A stretch of DNA of 64,000 nt, from NCBI RefSeq assembly GCF_018350175.1, contig NC_058383.1, positions 22,694,001-22,758,000 of the forward strand, given 5' to 3'. This DNA comes from Felis catus (Eukaryota). The notes beneath the pieces are model-generated. The model made no database searches and was not told the origin of the DNA. It saw nothing but the letters and a program-made list of their open reading frames with translations. The position numbers and the translations under genes were made by a program. This document shows positions 37,224-51,198 of the stretch, one piece after another (position 1 is the first letter of the stretch; every line of letters begins with the position of its first letter).

Positions 37224-38699
37224 TACCCATGTAGCAAATACGCTTTGTGGAGTTTTGAGTAAAGTAGGAGACACAGAGCCTGTTGCATTTAGAGACGACC
37301 AGCCTAAAGGGCACCGTTGCCTATAGAGGAAGTAGGGAGACTTCATGCTGTGGAACCTGATGAACTGCTCAAGGCCCTGCGGGTCTGGACAAAGCTGGAA
37401 AAGAGAGGTAGATTTTTTGTTATGTTTATGGTTTGAAGGAAAAATTCATGTTTATAGTCCATTCTTAACACCTGCTGTGCACTGGGTGTCCTTTACAGTC
37501 CTGCTGTGCTGGTCGGTGGGAGAAGAGAGCTGTGCCTCGCCGATAGAGCCCAATGAAGGACTTTGAGATCCCAAGCAGCTCACCTGTCTGGGCAGGATTC
37601 TACCTCAGAAACTGCAAGGCCCTGTTTGGGGCTCTTTAGCACAAAATCTGGTACTTGCCAGTTGGAGCTGTCAACTTCTACGTATAGTTAGAACTTTGCC
37701 AGCGCTAATTGGTGGGCATGGGAGCTGTAAAAGATCATCTAGCTATGCTGAGTTTTAAGCGAATGTGAAAATTCCTAAAACATAAGTGATGAGTGACTTC
37801 TTCATTCTCCCATAAGACTCATTTTAATCTAAAATTACTTGCATGTTCAGATGTTTTGTATAACTTTTCTAGGCTCTAGCTATTTCATAAAGTCTTTAAG
37901 AGGAACCCAGTATAATGATGATGTCTGCCCAGACACAACTTCCAGCAAAATGTGTGAATGAGGCTTACACACAAGATTTTTATCCCCTAGTTCATTGGCG
38001 AACTTGTGTGTCTCAACATCCTGTCTTCCAGGAGACCGACTCCCAGTGATGCTTAGGCAGAGTTGAACAGGATAGGGGTGTGTGTGTGGCAGGGGTGCCC
38101 TGAAAGTGGCCTGGTTATCATCAGTGCCTTCTATTTATCAAGTTCAGTGACTACTGAAGGCCTCAGCCTTCATTTCTTCAACAAGTAGTTGACCAGCTAC
38201 TGGGAGCCCAGCACTTTTGTAGGCACTGCAGATAGAGTAGCGGCCAGAAACCCCTGCCCTCGTGGATCTTCCGTTCTAGTGGGGAGACAAATCCATGATA
38301 TATTGGGTGGAGACTTGGCACTGATGAGCAGTATTTTTCCCCTATCCTGAACCCCTCCAGGATCCTGCTCACCCGTTTCTGGACTTACCTCTGTGACTGT
38401 TTCTCTTTCTCTATCCCTTAAATGTGATGTCCCCAGGATTTAGTCCTTAGGACTTTTCTAAGCACATCCAGGCAGTTAACCGCTAGATGGGCTTAGACCT
38501 TGTCTCAAGCTTCTACCTCCTTGCTGACATCAGATCCATATTCATCAGTGGTTATCTGTAGCTTTCATTGTTACCTTGGACTCCTCCCCCTTTCCCCCTA
38601 CATTTTCTTTTATTTGAAAGCACCTGTCTGAGTCTTCATGGATTCTTGATTCCTGCTGCATTTATAGCCACTCAGTAGTTTTTGTCTCGGCTAGTCTAT

Positions 38700-38915
38700 T
38701 TCTTTTCTTTTCTTTTTTTTTTTTTTAACGTTTATTTTTGAGAGAGAGCATGAGTGGGGGTAGGGCAGAGAGAGAGGGAGACACAGAATCCAAAACAGGC
38801 TCCAGGCTCCGAGCTGTCAACACAGAGCCCGACGCGGGGCTCGAACTCACGAACTGCGAGATCATGACCTGAGCTGAAGTTGGACGCTTAACCGACTGAG
38901 CCACCTAGGCGCCCC
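38700..38915 (-). mobile_element. Antisense CAN-SINE; a second, internally deleted copy lies at 39905-40017
   Basis: SINE body; the second copy has TSD gaaagcttgcatttt. Confidence 0.9.
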
Positions 38916-40950
38916 TCATTCAGTCTATTGCTAAAGCCTACATCATGCCCTCCCCTGCCTTCACTCTGTCACTGCCCTGATTTGGCTTTTGGGGGGTTGA
39001 GGGATGGGGGGTGCAGTATTCTGCCTCTCAGATCTCTGAACTATTACACTTGCCACCACCAGAATGCTCTAACAGATCTGGCCACTTGTTCCCGGGCTGG
39101 AAAATCCTAAATGACTTCCTAATGCTCTAAAAGTTTTTGCAATCAAATGGAATGCTTGAGCGCTCTTAACTGTTCTCTAACTTTGTGTGCTTCCTGCCTT
39201 TCTGCATTCTGCCGAGAATGAGCACTTCTCTCAGCCACGAGATCGTCCTTTCATGTTTTGATAATGCCACGTTTTTTCCATAGCTTTAGGAGGCCACTCC
39301 TCTCCTTTTATCTCTTCAGTGAATTTAAGACTAGGCTAGAAGCCTGCTTTATCTGTGAGCATCAATGGGCTATGGAGATGGTAAATGTTGAAAACAGGGT
39401 AAATGACAACAACAGAACATGAATATTACCTGTTAAAAATGGTGTAAATTTACAGACCAAACATTCAGGGTAGACAGCAAAGGTAATATTCTAAAACACC
39501 AGTAGTGCTTGATTACTAGTGTCTACAAATCAAGTATATCCAATGTAGGAGATGCTGACCCAACACAAAAATATAAAATTCTTCCAACTAGGTGTTTTGT
39601 TTTCTTTGGAAGAAAACAGTAGGAGAGGGTCCTGGATTGGTAGCCATGTGGGGTTTTAGTGGGGGTGGGGTGGTGTTAAAGATCAGTCTGACATTTTCTA
39701 TCTGGAAAGAGGTGGGGCCAGGGAGGACGGACAAAGGAAGGGTCCTCAGGTGAGATGAGCCAAGATTTTCGTTACATAGGTAAGGCACTTAAGGTCCAGG
39801 GTTTGCATTTAATGTCCACTGGAATGAAAAAATCCCGGCCCTTTTTCCCCTTGTCCAGTGCATTCCCAGTTATACCACGTTCATTCCGAGAAAGCTTGCA
39901 TTTTGCTTTGTTTTTAAAGTTTCTTTTTTGAGAGAGAGGGACAATCCCTAGCAGGGCCCGAACTCACAAACCATGAGATCACAACCTGAGCTGAGAACTG
40001 AGCCACCCAACTGCCCTGAAAGCTTGCATTTTAAAAAGTGTGAACATTCTGCTCTTTGATTCTTGAATACTTCATCCCACTTCCAGAGGTAACAGTAGGA
40101 TTTTAAGAGTTAACATTGTAAAAGCATACTGCCATGTTACAGGCACCGGATACTTAGGATTTTAATGTTCGAGGTTTTCTGAAACCCCAAACAGTGTGAA
40201 ATAATTAAGGCAGCCCTCGGTTGTGATTCTGCGCTTTAGCTTCACTGCTGCCTCTAAGAAGCCATGTAAGTAATTTATCCTCTTCAGATTCCTCCTCTGG
40301 AGAGCAGAACTTTTTTGAGAATTAAATGTTAGTGTATGTAAAGTGACTACAGTGCTACGTGGCACTGAGCAAAGACTTACTTCATGTTTGCTGTTAGCCT
40401 GTCCACCTGATTCCCAGCACATGAACAGAGGTGACTTACCTATAACTGTAAGTTCACCTCCTCAACTAACAAAACATGTTTAAAACCTTGGTGAGTTTCA
40501 AATTAATACTGAGACACCCTGAACATCAAGGATAGAAGGGTAGCAAAAAATATTTATAGGAAACCATACTCCTAGACCTAGTCACAAGGGATTCTCGCCA
40601 TTTTGAAAGTCTCCCCCAAGTCTAGTCAAAAGATTAAATCCATAACAGAACACTTAGAAACTAAGGATGAACACATTTCCTACAAAACATTCAGTTTGGT
40701 AAACAAAGCTGTGCATTCCAAAATTTATAACCCAGACACCAAAATTTGAAGTAGATAACTTAGTCTGTTCTTGTTTTTGAATGCATGGGCAAAATACTCT
40801 AAAGCCAGTGGCAGTCCTATTGAAAGAATACACTGTATAAAGTGTGTTCTGGGGATGCTGTTAACCACCTTAATAGCTCAACTGGATGATTTGGTCAGCC
40901 CAATAATAGATGTAGAAAAAGGCATTCTATATCATTCACTGTTTATTCCT

Positions 40951-40956
40951 AATAAA
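40951..40956 (+). terminator. GGA2: Candidate distal polyA signal of GGA2
   Basis: AATAAA at the end of the largely unique sequence, just before repeat-dense DNA begins. Confidence 0.5.
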
Positions 40957-40969
40957 AGCAAATGACCTG

Positions 40970-41400
40970 TAGCATGTTTAATAAGGAGATACTATAGTGG
41001 CCTAAACAGAAAGGTTTATTTCCTTGTTTAAAAGGCAGCCAGAAATAGTCCAGAACCAATGTTGGTAATATTTAATAATGACAGTCATTAGGAACCCAGG
41101 TTCCAGCTACTCCTAAATCCTCACTCAAGGATATGCTTCTCAATGTCATGTTACAGGATGATGGCTGATATTCCAAGCCACAGGAAGGAAGAGGAGGAAG
41201 GAATACAGGAAAACTGATATTCTTAAAGTATCCCGGAACTTTCATGTGATATTTCCATTTACATCTTCTTGGCTGTTTAGTAACAGGGCCACACCTAGGT
41301 GCAAAGAGGCTGAAGAATTGTCATTCACATGCAATGCCACACCACATGAAACTGGGTTTTAGCTAAAGAAGACAGGATTCGTAGTAGTGGATGAACTGTC
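40970..41400. mobile_element. Old MaLR LTR (MLT1J/K-like)
   Basis: agtggcctaaaca...ggaacccaggttcc...ggccacacctaggtgcaaagaggctg. Confidence 0.55.
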
Positions 41401-41519
41401 TACCATAAGGCGCTGTGGCAATCTACTGGGGAAGAAAGCTGTCCTTGAACTATTGCTAAATGGGAAAACGCGCTTTTATATTTTGTCATGACCCCAGTTT
41501 TAAAACTAAGCAACCCCAG

Positions 41520-42650
41520 GGGACACCTGGGTGGCTCAGTCAATTGAGTGTCTGACTCTTTGATTTCAGCCCAGGTCATGATCCCCCAGGGTCATGGGAT
41601 GCAGTGCATCAGGCTCCACACTGAGCATGGAGCCTGCTCTGGATTCTCTCTCCCTCTGTCCTTCACCCCTACTCGCACATGCTCTCTCACTCGCTCTTGC
41701 ACTCTCAACAAAAAAACTAAACTACCCTGGTATATGTATGCATATATAGTAACTGGTAAGTCTTTGGGTCAAAGAATTGCAAATGAGTTCTTTTTAAATT
41801 TTATATGCATTTTCTAAAATATCTGGGCTGAAAAATCGTTTTTGCGCTCAATGTTTTTCAAACTTAAAACACAAAGCGTGGACAGTCTTTCCACCTGATT
41901 ACCCTTCTAGGAGACAGTGCTACTGGTTCCTCATCTGTCCTTAGAGATAATTCTGGCATGTTCAAGTCAATGAACTGTACTTTGCTTTTTTTTTCCTTCC
42001 CATGTAATGATATAGCTTGCCGAAATGCCATAATCAGTACAAACTGCTTGGTAGAAAAAAGAATAGCCCCTGCTTTCTGCTGTCCTGACAGCAGATGGGA
42101 TCAGTCAGTTATATGTTGAAAGTCCTGGGTATTAAAACTGGCACATGAATTTCCTGGTAGTTTCTGTGTATTTCCCTTCCTCTCCCTCCCACTGGCTCCA
42201 TTCCCATGGGCCCAAACATGTTTTTGTCTTCTTTAGCACCCCTCTCCCTCCTGCCTTATTTCTGGCAGCCCAGCATGGTACAGTGAAATAAGGATGGGCT
42301 TTGGAATCAGGTTCCGTTTCTAGTTTTTTGTCACCTGTAGCATCTTGTGCAGGACACTCCACATCCCTGGGCCTCAGTTTTTATGTTCTTAAATGGTAAA
42401 AATGTTAAAAATCGATTTCATAGTGGAGGGGGGAGGGGCGCCTGGATGGCTCAGTCGGTGAAGCATCCTACTTTGGCTCAGGTCATGATCTCACAGTTCG
42501 TGAGTTCGAGCCCCGCATTGGGCTCTGTGCCCACAGCTCAGAGCCTGGAGCTTCAGATGCTGTGTCTCCCTCTCTGTCTGCCCCTCCCCTGCTTGTGCTC
42601 TCTCTCTCCCTCTCTCAAAAATAAATGTTTAAAAAGTTAAAAAAAAAATC
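41520..42650 (+). mobile_element. Two CAN-SINEs (41520-41720, 42436-42650)
   Basis: SINE heads and tails. Confidence 0.88.
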
Positions 42651-43004
42651 TATTTCATAGGTTTTGATGATTTATTCAGGTCAAGAAAATGCCCAACACA
42701 ATAGATTCTCTATAACTGTAGGTGTTATTTCTCTTCAAATCACCTTATTTGAGATTTCTTTTATCTGCCACTGTAACTGTGGTCACTTCCATTTTGTCAC
42801 TTTGTTCATTTCACAGCCTTTCCTGTTCTCATGGAAACCAATAAAATTTTGCTAATGATACTAATAACCTAATGTTTGCAGAAGCTACAAAAAAGGTTGA
42901 TGCTTTTCATAGAATCTGACCATCCCCTCCATATCCATTAAGATTAGTATCAGCTGCAAGAAATGGATAAGCCCAGAGTACCAATTGCCTAATACGTCTC
43001 TGAA

Positions 43005-43395
43005 TCAGTTACTTGGGACTATTGCAAAAATGTGTACTGTAGGTTGGGTGACTTAAGAGAAATTTGGCAGTTCTGGAGGCTAGAAGTGTGATAATCAGGC
43101 CATGTACACTCTGAAACCTGTCAGATAATCTTGGTGATTTGCAACAATCTTTGGAATTCTTTGGCTCGTGGCTGTGTAACTCCAATCTATCTTCATGGTC
43201 ATGTGGTGTGCTCCTTGTGTGTGTCTTCATGTGACCATCTTATAAGGATGCTGATAGTATTGGATTAAGGGCCTGCCCTACTTCAGTACGACATCTTAAC
43301 TAGTTACATCTGCAATGATACAAGGTCACCTACCGAGGAACTGGGGGTTAGGATTTCATGCCTAACTTGTGGAGAGATGAGTTAACTCATAATTC
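43005..43395 (-). mobile_element. MaLR LTR, MLT1B/C-like
   Basis: cagttctggaggctagaagt...cttataagga...tattggattaagggcc...ctgggggttaggatttca. Confidence 0.8.
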
Positions 43396-43529
43396 TCTCA
43401 AATTCAAGAACCTCTGAGGTAGATTGGGGCCCATATGCAGTCCATATGATGTTAAGCACCCAGGTGACTTCAATCTTGCTCTGCCATGAGTGATTTCCAC
43501 TGCTAAGAACACTTTATGGTTCATGATAG

Positions 43530-46500
43530 GAGACTGACAACAAAAGACAAATTACCAAACTCAGGAAAAAGAGGACATCACTACTTGTTCTATAGAAATT
43601 AGAAAGGATTATAAAGAAATGTTAGGAACAATTTTATGCTAACTTAGGTGAGATGACAAGTTTCTAGAAAGACCCAAATTAACAGCTGATTTAAGAAGAA
43701 ATAGAACATCGGGGCACTGGGTGGCTCAGTGGGTTAACCGTCCCAACTTCAGCTTAGGTCATGATCTCATGGTCCGTGGGTTTGAGCTCCGCGTCAGGCT
43801 CTGTGCTGACAGCTCAGAGCCCGGAGCCTGCATTGGTTTCTGTGTCTCCCTCTCTGCCTCTCCCCTATTCACTTTCTGTCTCTGTCTCTCAAAAATAAAT
43901 AAACATTAAAAAAAAGAAACAACATTTGAATAGGTCTATAACAAGAAGTTGAATTAATAATTTAAAGTCTTCTCAACAAATGTCCAGGTGCAGATGGCTT
44001 CACATTAAATTCTGCCAAATATTTAAAGAAGAGGCTTTCCCAATTCTTTACAAACTCAGAATATAGAAAAGGATCACTTCTCAAATGATTCTGAGACCAA
44101 TATTACTCGTAAGCCAAAATTAAAGGTCACAAAAACAGATTATAGACCAGTTTCCCCCCATGAACATTGACAAAAGTTCTCAACAAAATAGTAGCTAAGC
44201 AAATCTGGTAGCATTCTACACCACGACCAAGTAGAATTTATCCCAGGAATGCAAGATTGGTTTACCATCTAAATGTCAATTACTATGTAACATCGTTTGA
44301 ATAGAATAAAAGGCAAAAGCCACACAATTATCCTAATCGGCACAGAAAAGTATATTTATAAAATCCAACATTTTAACAAACTAGAAATAGAAGAAAAAGA
44401 AGCTCAACTTGAGAAAGGGATTGGACTGAATGCTAAAGACAGATTCTTAAGATCTGGAGCAAGGCAAAGATGTCAGCTCTTGTCTCCTCCATTCAACATG
44501 GTACTGGAGATTCTAACCAGTGCAGTTAGTAGAGGGAAGAAAGGGAAAAGGAAAAGAGTCTGTATTTGCAGATGTTATGAACCTGTACATAGACAAATCC
44601 CAGGGAATACAGGCACACATAAATAGCTTGAACTGATAAATTCCATTCACAATAGTATTAAAATGCAATACTTTGGAATAAGTTTAACAAAAGTGCAAGA
44701 CATTTGGCAATGCACAACTACAAGGTATTATTGAGTGAAATTAAAGATCTAAATTAGAGATTCTGAAGGAGGGGTGATTGTTTCCACTGAGAGACACTTA
44801 GCAATGTGCATAGACATTTTTAGTTGTCACAACTTGGGGGAAGAGATGCTTTGGGCATCTAGTGGGTAGAGGCCAGAGATGTAGCTAAACATTGTACAAT
44901 GCATAGGACAGCCTGAACACCAAAAAAATCATCTGGCCCCAAGTGTGAATATCCCCGAGGTTGAAAATCCTAATCTTAAACAGCCATTTCACGTTTGTGG
45001 ATCAAAAGACTCGATATTGTCAAGATGCCAGTTCTCAAAATGATCTGTAAGTTCAATAAAATCCCTATTCCAACAGCATTTTTATGTAGAATTGGTAAGC
45101 TGATCAAAAGATGTATATGGAAATGCAAAGGTCTGGAGTAGCAAGAGAGAGGGAGGGGCAGCAGAGAGCCTGATGCAGGGCTCAATCTCACGAACCGTGA
45201 GATCACCCCCTGAGCTGAAACCTAGACTCTTAACCGACTGGGCCACTCAAGCAACCCCACAAGACAAGTTTTAAAAGAACAAAATGGAAAGACTTAACAC
45301 TATCAGACTTCCAAACTCACTATAAACTACAGTAATCAAGAGAGTTTGGTTTTGGTACAGAATTGGCATATGGATAATGGAACAGAATTAAGAGTCCAGA
45401 AATCCTTATATTTATGTCATTTGATTTTTGACAAAGATCTTAAGGCAATTCAGTGGGCAAAGGAAAGTTTTTAAATTGTCCTGGGATAACTATATCTGTA
45501 TTAAAAAAAAAAAAAACCCAAATAAACAAAAAACGGGCGCCTGGCTGGCTTGGTCGATAGAGCACCCAACTCTTGATCTCAGGGTTGTGAGTTCCAGCCT
45601 CACATTGGGCATAGAGGTTACTTAAAAATAAAATCTTAAACAAACAAACACACTTAGGCCATTAACCTCATACCATAACCAAAAAGTGAACTCAAACTGG
45701 ATCACAGACATAAATGTAAGAGCTAAATTTTTTACAACTTCTAGAAGAAAATTTAGGAGAATTCTTCATGATTTTAGGTTAGACAAAGATTTCTTAGATT
45801 TCAAAGATTTCTTAGATAGTATGATCCATAAAAAAGAACAAGTGATAATGGAATTTATCAAAATTAAAAACTTTTGAACCTCAAAAGAGACCATTAAGAC
45901 AATGAAAAGACAAGATAGATTGGGAGAAAATAGTTGTGAACCATATTTCTAATAAGGGAAGTCAGAATATGTAAAGAACTTTTTTTTTAATGTTTATTTT
46001 TGAGAGAGCATGAGCAGGGCTCAGAGCTGTCAACAGAGCCTGATGTGGGGTTCAAATTCATGAGCTGTGAGATCATGACCTGAGCTGAAGTCAGACGCTT
46101 AACCGACTGAACCACCCAGGCACCCCAGAATATGTAAAAAACTTTAACAGCTCGATAATATGAAGACAGGCAACCTTGTTTAAAAATGGGCAAAAGATTT
46201 AAATAGATGTTTCACCAAAGAAGATGTAAGAATGGCTAATAAGAACATGAAAATATGTTCAAAATTGTTGGTTATTAGGGAAATGCAAACTAAAGCAACA
46301 ATGACTTACTACTACATAACCAATATTGGTGAGGCTATAGAGAAACTGGAACCCGCACACATTATTGATAGTAATGTAAAATGGTATAGGCACTCCAGGT
46401 AAGTTTGGCAGTTTCTTAAAAAGTTGAACATAAATTTATCTCGTAAGTTGGCAATTCCACTCCTTGGACTATATCCCAAAGTAATGAAAACATGTCTACA

Positions 46501-46980
46501 CAAAGGCATGTAGTGAACGTTCACAGCAGCATTATTTAGAATGACTTTAAACTAGAAACAGCATAAATGTGCATCAGTTGGTGAATGAATAAATGAAATG
46601 CACTATTGTGTCCACACAATGGAATACTATACAGCAACATAAAGGAACAAGCTACTGACACATGGTACAACACAAATGGACCCCAAAAACATTCTACTCA
46701 GTAAAAGAAGGCTGATACAACAGACTACACAGTATATGATTCCACGTATCTGAAAAATCCAGAAACGGTACATTTATAGACCTCAGACTAGTGGTTTCCT
46801 AGGGCCTGGTGTGGGAGCAGAGATTAAATGCAAATAAGTAGGAAGGAACTTTTTTGGCTGATGGAAACGTTCTTGTGGAGATAGACTAACACTCTAAATT
46901 TACCAAAAGTCATTGAATTGTATACTCACAATGTGTGAATTTTATATCCTGTAAATTATTAGTAAAGTTGTTTTTAAAAA
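43530..46980 (+). mobile_element. Decayed old L1M (ORF2 remnant plus 3' end) with nested SINEs and MER20
   Basis: ORF2-like remnants (NRIKGKSHTIILI, LRSGARQRC.LSP..FNMVLEIL) and a typical L1M 3' terminus ending tttttaaaaa. Confidence 0.88.
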
Positions 46981-47659
46981 GTTCCTCGAGGAGGGGAGGG
47001 TCATATTGTAGAGGCACAAGGCTTCCAATACCACAGGACTTGATCAATTTGCTCCTATCAAGGATAGCGTACGAGCTTTCCTGCTTTGTGGAGTTAGGTT
47101 CTTAGATACAGTCTTCAAGAATTACCGTATGCACGGAGTCAGAGTATGCCTGGGGTGAGAACGGATAAATGGCAAAATTATTCACAATTGTACAGAAAGG
47201 ATTTTTTTTTTTTTTTATTTTTTTTATTTATTTATTTATTTTTTTGGTTCCTATGACAAAGGAGGTCCTGTTTTCTGAGGCGTCACATTGTTTATTTTAG
47301 GCTGGAGGAAACAGTTACGTGCAGACCGGTGAGTTCCAGTTCCAGCGCGGTGTGTTGCAGGGAAGGACTAGGAGGCTCGTGTGGCTACACGGATGAAAGG
47401 AGCAGGAAGGATGGTGGGCACAGGCCAGATCTCGTAGAGTAAGTAGGAAGGCAGTAAAGCATGGTAAAGAGTTCAGGTTCCACTGGCGGGCTTGCCTGAG
47501 TTCCGATCCCCACAGTGCCACTTTCTGTCCACAAGACTGAACCAGTTGCTCAGCTGCCTCAAATCTTCATCTTTACGTTGGGGAAAATACTGGCACTTAA
47601 AGTACCGTGAAGACTGTGAAGTGCGCTAGTGCACGTAAGGGCTTTGGAGGAAGCACATA

Positions 47660-48380
47660 CTTAGGCACGCGAACACGCACTTAAGTTAGCAAAAGAAGCG
47701 GAAGGCCCTCAAGCGCCCGCTGCTCGCCGCTCTCCGCCAGTGGCCTTGCGCCAAAGCCCAGCTCACCAGGACGCCCGGAACGCCCGCAGTCACTATGGTA
47801 ACCGCCACCTACTTCCGGAAGAAGTACGGCGCGCGGCGAGGGCCATTCCGAGCAGTCTGTCTCGGAGAGTTGACAGAGGGGCCTCAGAGGGGTGAGTTGT
47901 GGGTGCCGTGGGTTCCGCCTGCCGCCCCCACCCCGGGCCAGCCCCGGTGCTCTCGCAGGGCCGCCCGCCTCCGCAGCCTCGTTGCCACCGGAGCCAGCTC
48001 TTCAGGCGTGGACGCCGGGGCCGAGGCGGTGCGGCCATGGACTTCTCCAAGTTCCTGGCGGAAGACTTCGACGTGAAGGAGTGGATCAACGCGGCCTTCA
48101 GGACGGGCCCCAAGGAGGCGACGGCCGGGACCGCGGACAGCCACGCGGCCACCCTGGTGATGAAGCTGCAGCTCTTCATCCAGGAGGTGAACCACGCCGT
48201 GGAGGGTGAGGCCGAGCTGTCCGCGCGGGCGTGGGGCGGCGGTGGGAACTCGAGCCCGGCCCGACCCTCCTGCAGTCCCTTCGGGGGAAGGTGTCAGCTG
48301 GCTGCCGCCAGTTTTTAAGGCTTGCCAGGTCTGAGGCTTGCTCTTCCACCCCTCGCGGTGCTGTCACGTTTCCTTTTATA
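47660..48380 (+). promoter_or_regulatory. COG7: CpG-island promoter of COG7 (RFX X-box, ETS sites)
   Basis: CpG-dense; gtcactatggtaac 47789-47802; palindromic cttccggaag 47812-47821. Confidence 0.88.
48037..48205 (+). CDS. COG7: COG7 exon 1 (coding part), conserved oligomeric Golgi complex subunit 7
   Basis: gccATGg; [56 protein letters not shown]; donor gtgagg; 169 nt. Confidence 0.97.
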
Positions 48381-49824
48381 ACTTCAGTCAGAAGCGTGAA
48401 CAACATTTCAGTATTTCAACAGTATTAAATAATCGTTGGCACGTGCTTATGTTTGGCAGAAGCGTATCAAAGCCGTATGGGACTGACACAAATCTGGGAG
48501 ACGTTGTTTTAGCGGATTTTCATGTCCGTGAGGAAGATGGGCAGGCCTGACTGGAGACTTGAACCATCTTTTAAGGATAGTTAATTATAAAAAATAATAC
48601 ACGCCAGCAGCCATTTCATTAACACCTCGATTCGGTTTTTATTCAGGGCATACTGCACGCCAGTCTCTCTGCTCGGCTTTGTGGGAGAGACACCTTGCAC
48701 AGACTGCTGGCAGGAAGCCTGTGATCCAGGATACGGAACTTTATTTTATGGATGTGTCCACTGTTTAAGAAAAGGCTGGTGTTGGTGGGGAGAGCGGGAG
48801 GGGAGCTGTCTTTCACTGCCGATCCTTTATTGCACTGTGCATCTTCTGCTTATGATTGAGCATCTGTCACGCATGTGCCCAGAAATAGGCAGTGGGCAAA
48901 AAGTGTACCTTTCAGGCAGTTGCTGCCTTGTGGGGAAGATACTAAACAGTTCACTTACAATGAGGGGTGGCTTTACCGCAACTAGAACCAGGAGCGGCGA
49001 GAGCTGGAAGAAGTGTATGGTTACCTGGTGTCTGGGAGAATCATAAAGGGCTATCCCTGTGTTAGGCCTTGAAGGAAGACTTCATAGGGCAAAGAGGGGG
49101 GACGTCAATAACAACGCGATAGCAATATTTGAGTCCTTGGAATGTGTCAGGCAGTCTTTTAAACGCTTTATATGTATTAACTAGGTGGTTCTCCAACCAC
49201 GGGTGGCAACGTCGCCTCCTCCTCCCCCAGCCCCCAATATCTGGAAATTGGTGAGAGTGTTTTTATGCATTGCAGTGGTGAGGCATGTCACAACCATGGA
49301 CGTTCAGTGGAAGTACCCAGCGATGCTTGATGTCCTGCAATGCTTGGCACAGTCCTGCACAATGAAGAACTGTCCTGGCCAGAATGTTAATATTGCCCCT
49401 TTTGGGCATAATTATCTAATTTAAACCTGGCAATAGTCCTTAGAGGTAGGCACAATTATTATTCCCACTTTATAATTGGAGAAACTGCAGCGGAGTGAGG
49501 TGACTTACCCGGTCATGTTGCTAGTGAGTGAGGCCGTTTGCATTTGCACCCAAGCAGTTGGTTCCAGAGCCCAGGCTCTTATCCATGATACTGTGCTACT
49601 TGTCTGGTATTAAAGGGAGAGAGGACACCACATGCAGAGGCATGTGAGTATAGAAAGGCCTAGCCAGCCCACAGAAGAGTGAGTTCCAACAGAGCTCCAT
49701 CAATAACATCAACAAATATGAGTCACTGGTATGATGACCACAGGATCACACTTCCGTAGGGAGTGGGGAGACTTGCCGGAGATAAGGCAGAAAAGTAGAT
49801 TGGGATCAAACTGTGAAAGGCCTT

Positions 49825-51157
49825 AAGTTTATTTATTTTGAGAGAGAGAGAGCATGCACGCACGAGTGGAGGAGTGGCAGAGAGGGAGAGAGAGAATCCC
49901 AAACAGGCTCTGCACTGTCAGTGCAGAACTGTGAGATCATGACCTGAGCCAAAGATGGACGCTGAACCTACTGAGCCACCCAGGTGCCCCCCAAAGCTTT
50001 ATTTTTATGGAAGATGAGACCGTGGCTCAAGTCTTCAGTGAAGAGAGGTTATTGCAGAGGTTCAAGGAGTGGGTATTGAGGACTCCAAACTGGAGGATCG
50101 ATTTGTTCATGAATTCAGTCAACAAGTATTGGGCACAAACTGTTCTCCAGGTTTCAGAGATCCAATGTTGAATGAGACCCAGTCTTAGGTTGGATAGGTT
50201 AACAGGGGCCAGATCATGCAGGGATTTTAATGTCACATGAAAGAGTTTGGATTTGAACCAAAATGAGTGTAATGGGATGTTACCAGACGATTTATAAGTA
50301 TGGGAGTGACATGGTTTGATTCATGGCTCCATTCTGCTGGAGGCTGCTGTTCGGAAGGGTGGACTGTCATCATAGTGGCTTCAGGTGGGGTTATGACAGT
50401 GGACATGGTGAGAAATGGATAGATTTAAGATATTTTTAGGAGGAAGAATGGGGAGAACTTGCTGGTGGATTGGAATAAGGAATGAGAGGGGGAGAACATC
50501 AGGAGTGGCAGCAGGTTCTTGAACTGCCCAATTGTGGGCAGAGGTGCCAAACGTAGAGTGAGATTGAGAGAATTTGTAGTGAACATCCATACGCCCACTA
50601 CCTAGAGTCTACAATTAATGACCTAACTATACCTCCTTTATCACAAGTCTGTCCACTTACCAGTCCCTCTCTCCATTCATCCATCTTATTTTTTGATGTA
50701 TTTCAGAATGAGTTGCAGACATCAGTATCCTTTATCCCTGTGCATTTCAGTTAGTAGCCTAAACATAATAGAGTTCAATAAGTTCAGTACTTGTTTACAG
50801 CTCTGTTTTTCTTCACCCTGTAAAATTTACATAAGGTGAAATGCACGAATCCTATCTGGTGAGTGTGATGAGTTTTGACAAATGTGTACAGCTAGGATAA
50901 CTCAAACTTCTGTCAAGAAATAGAATGTTACCATCACCCAAGACAGTGTCCCCATGTCCCTTTACGGTGAAATCTGGCCCTTACCCTCTCAGAGGCAACC
51001 ACTGCAAGTGATGGTTTTAAAAATGGATACAGCGGTGCCCTGGTGGCTCAGTCAGTTAAGCATACGACTCTTGATTTCGGCTCAGGTTGTGATCTCACAG
51101 TTCATGAGTTCAAGCCCTGTGCTGGGCTCTGTGAACACAGCGTGGAGTCTCCTTGGG

Positions 51158-51198
<41 letters not shown>

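Noticed and set aside
47795..48076. 93-aa upstream ORF overlapping the COG7 start
   Set aside because: Its ATG lies inside the X-box, probably at or upstream of the TSS, and the ORF length is expected at this GC content.
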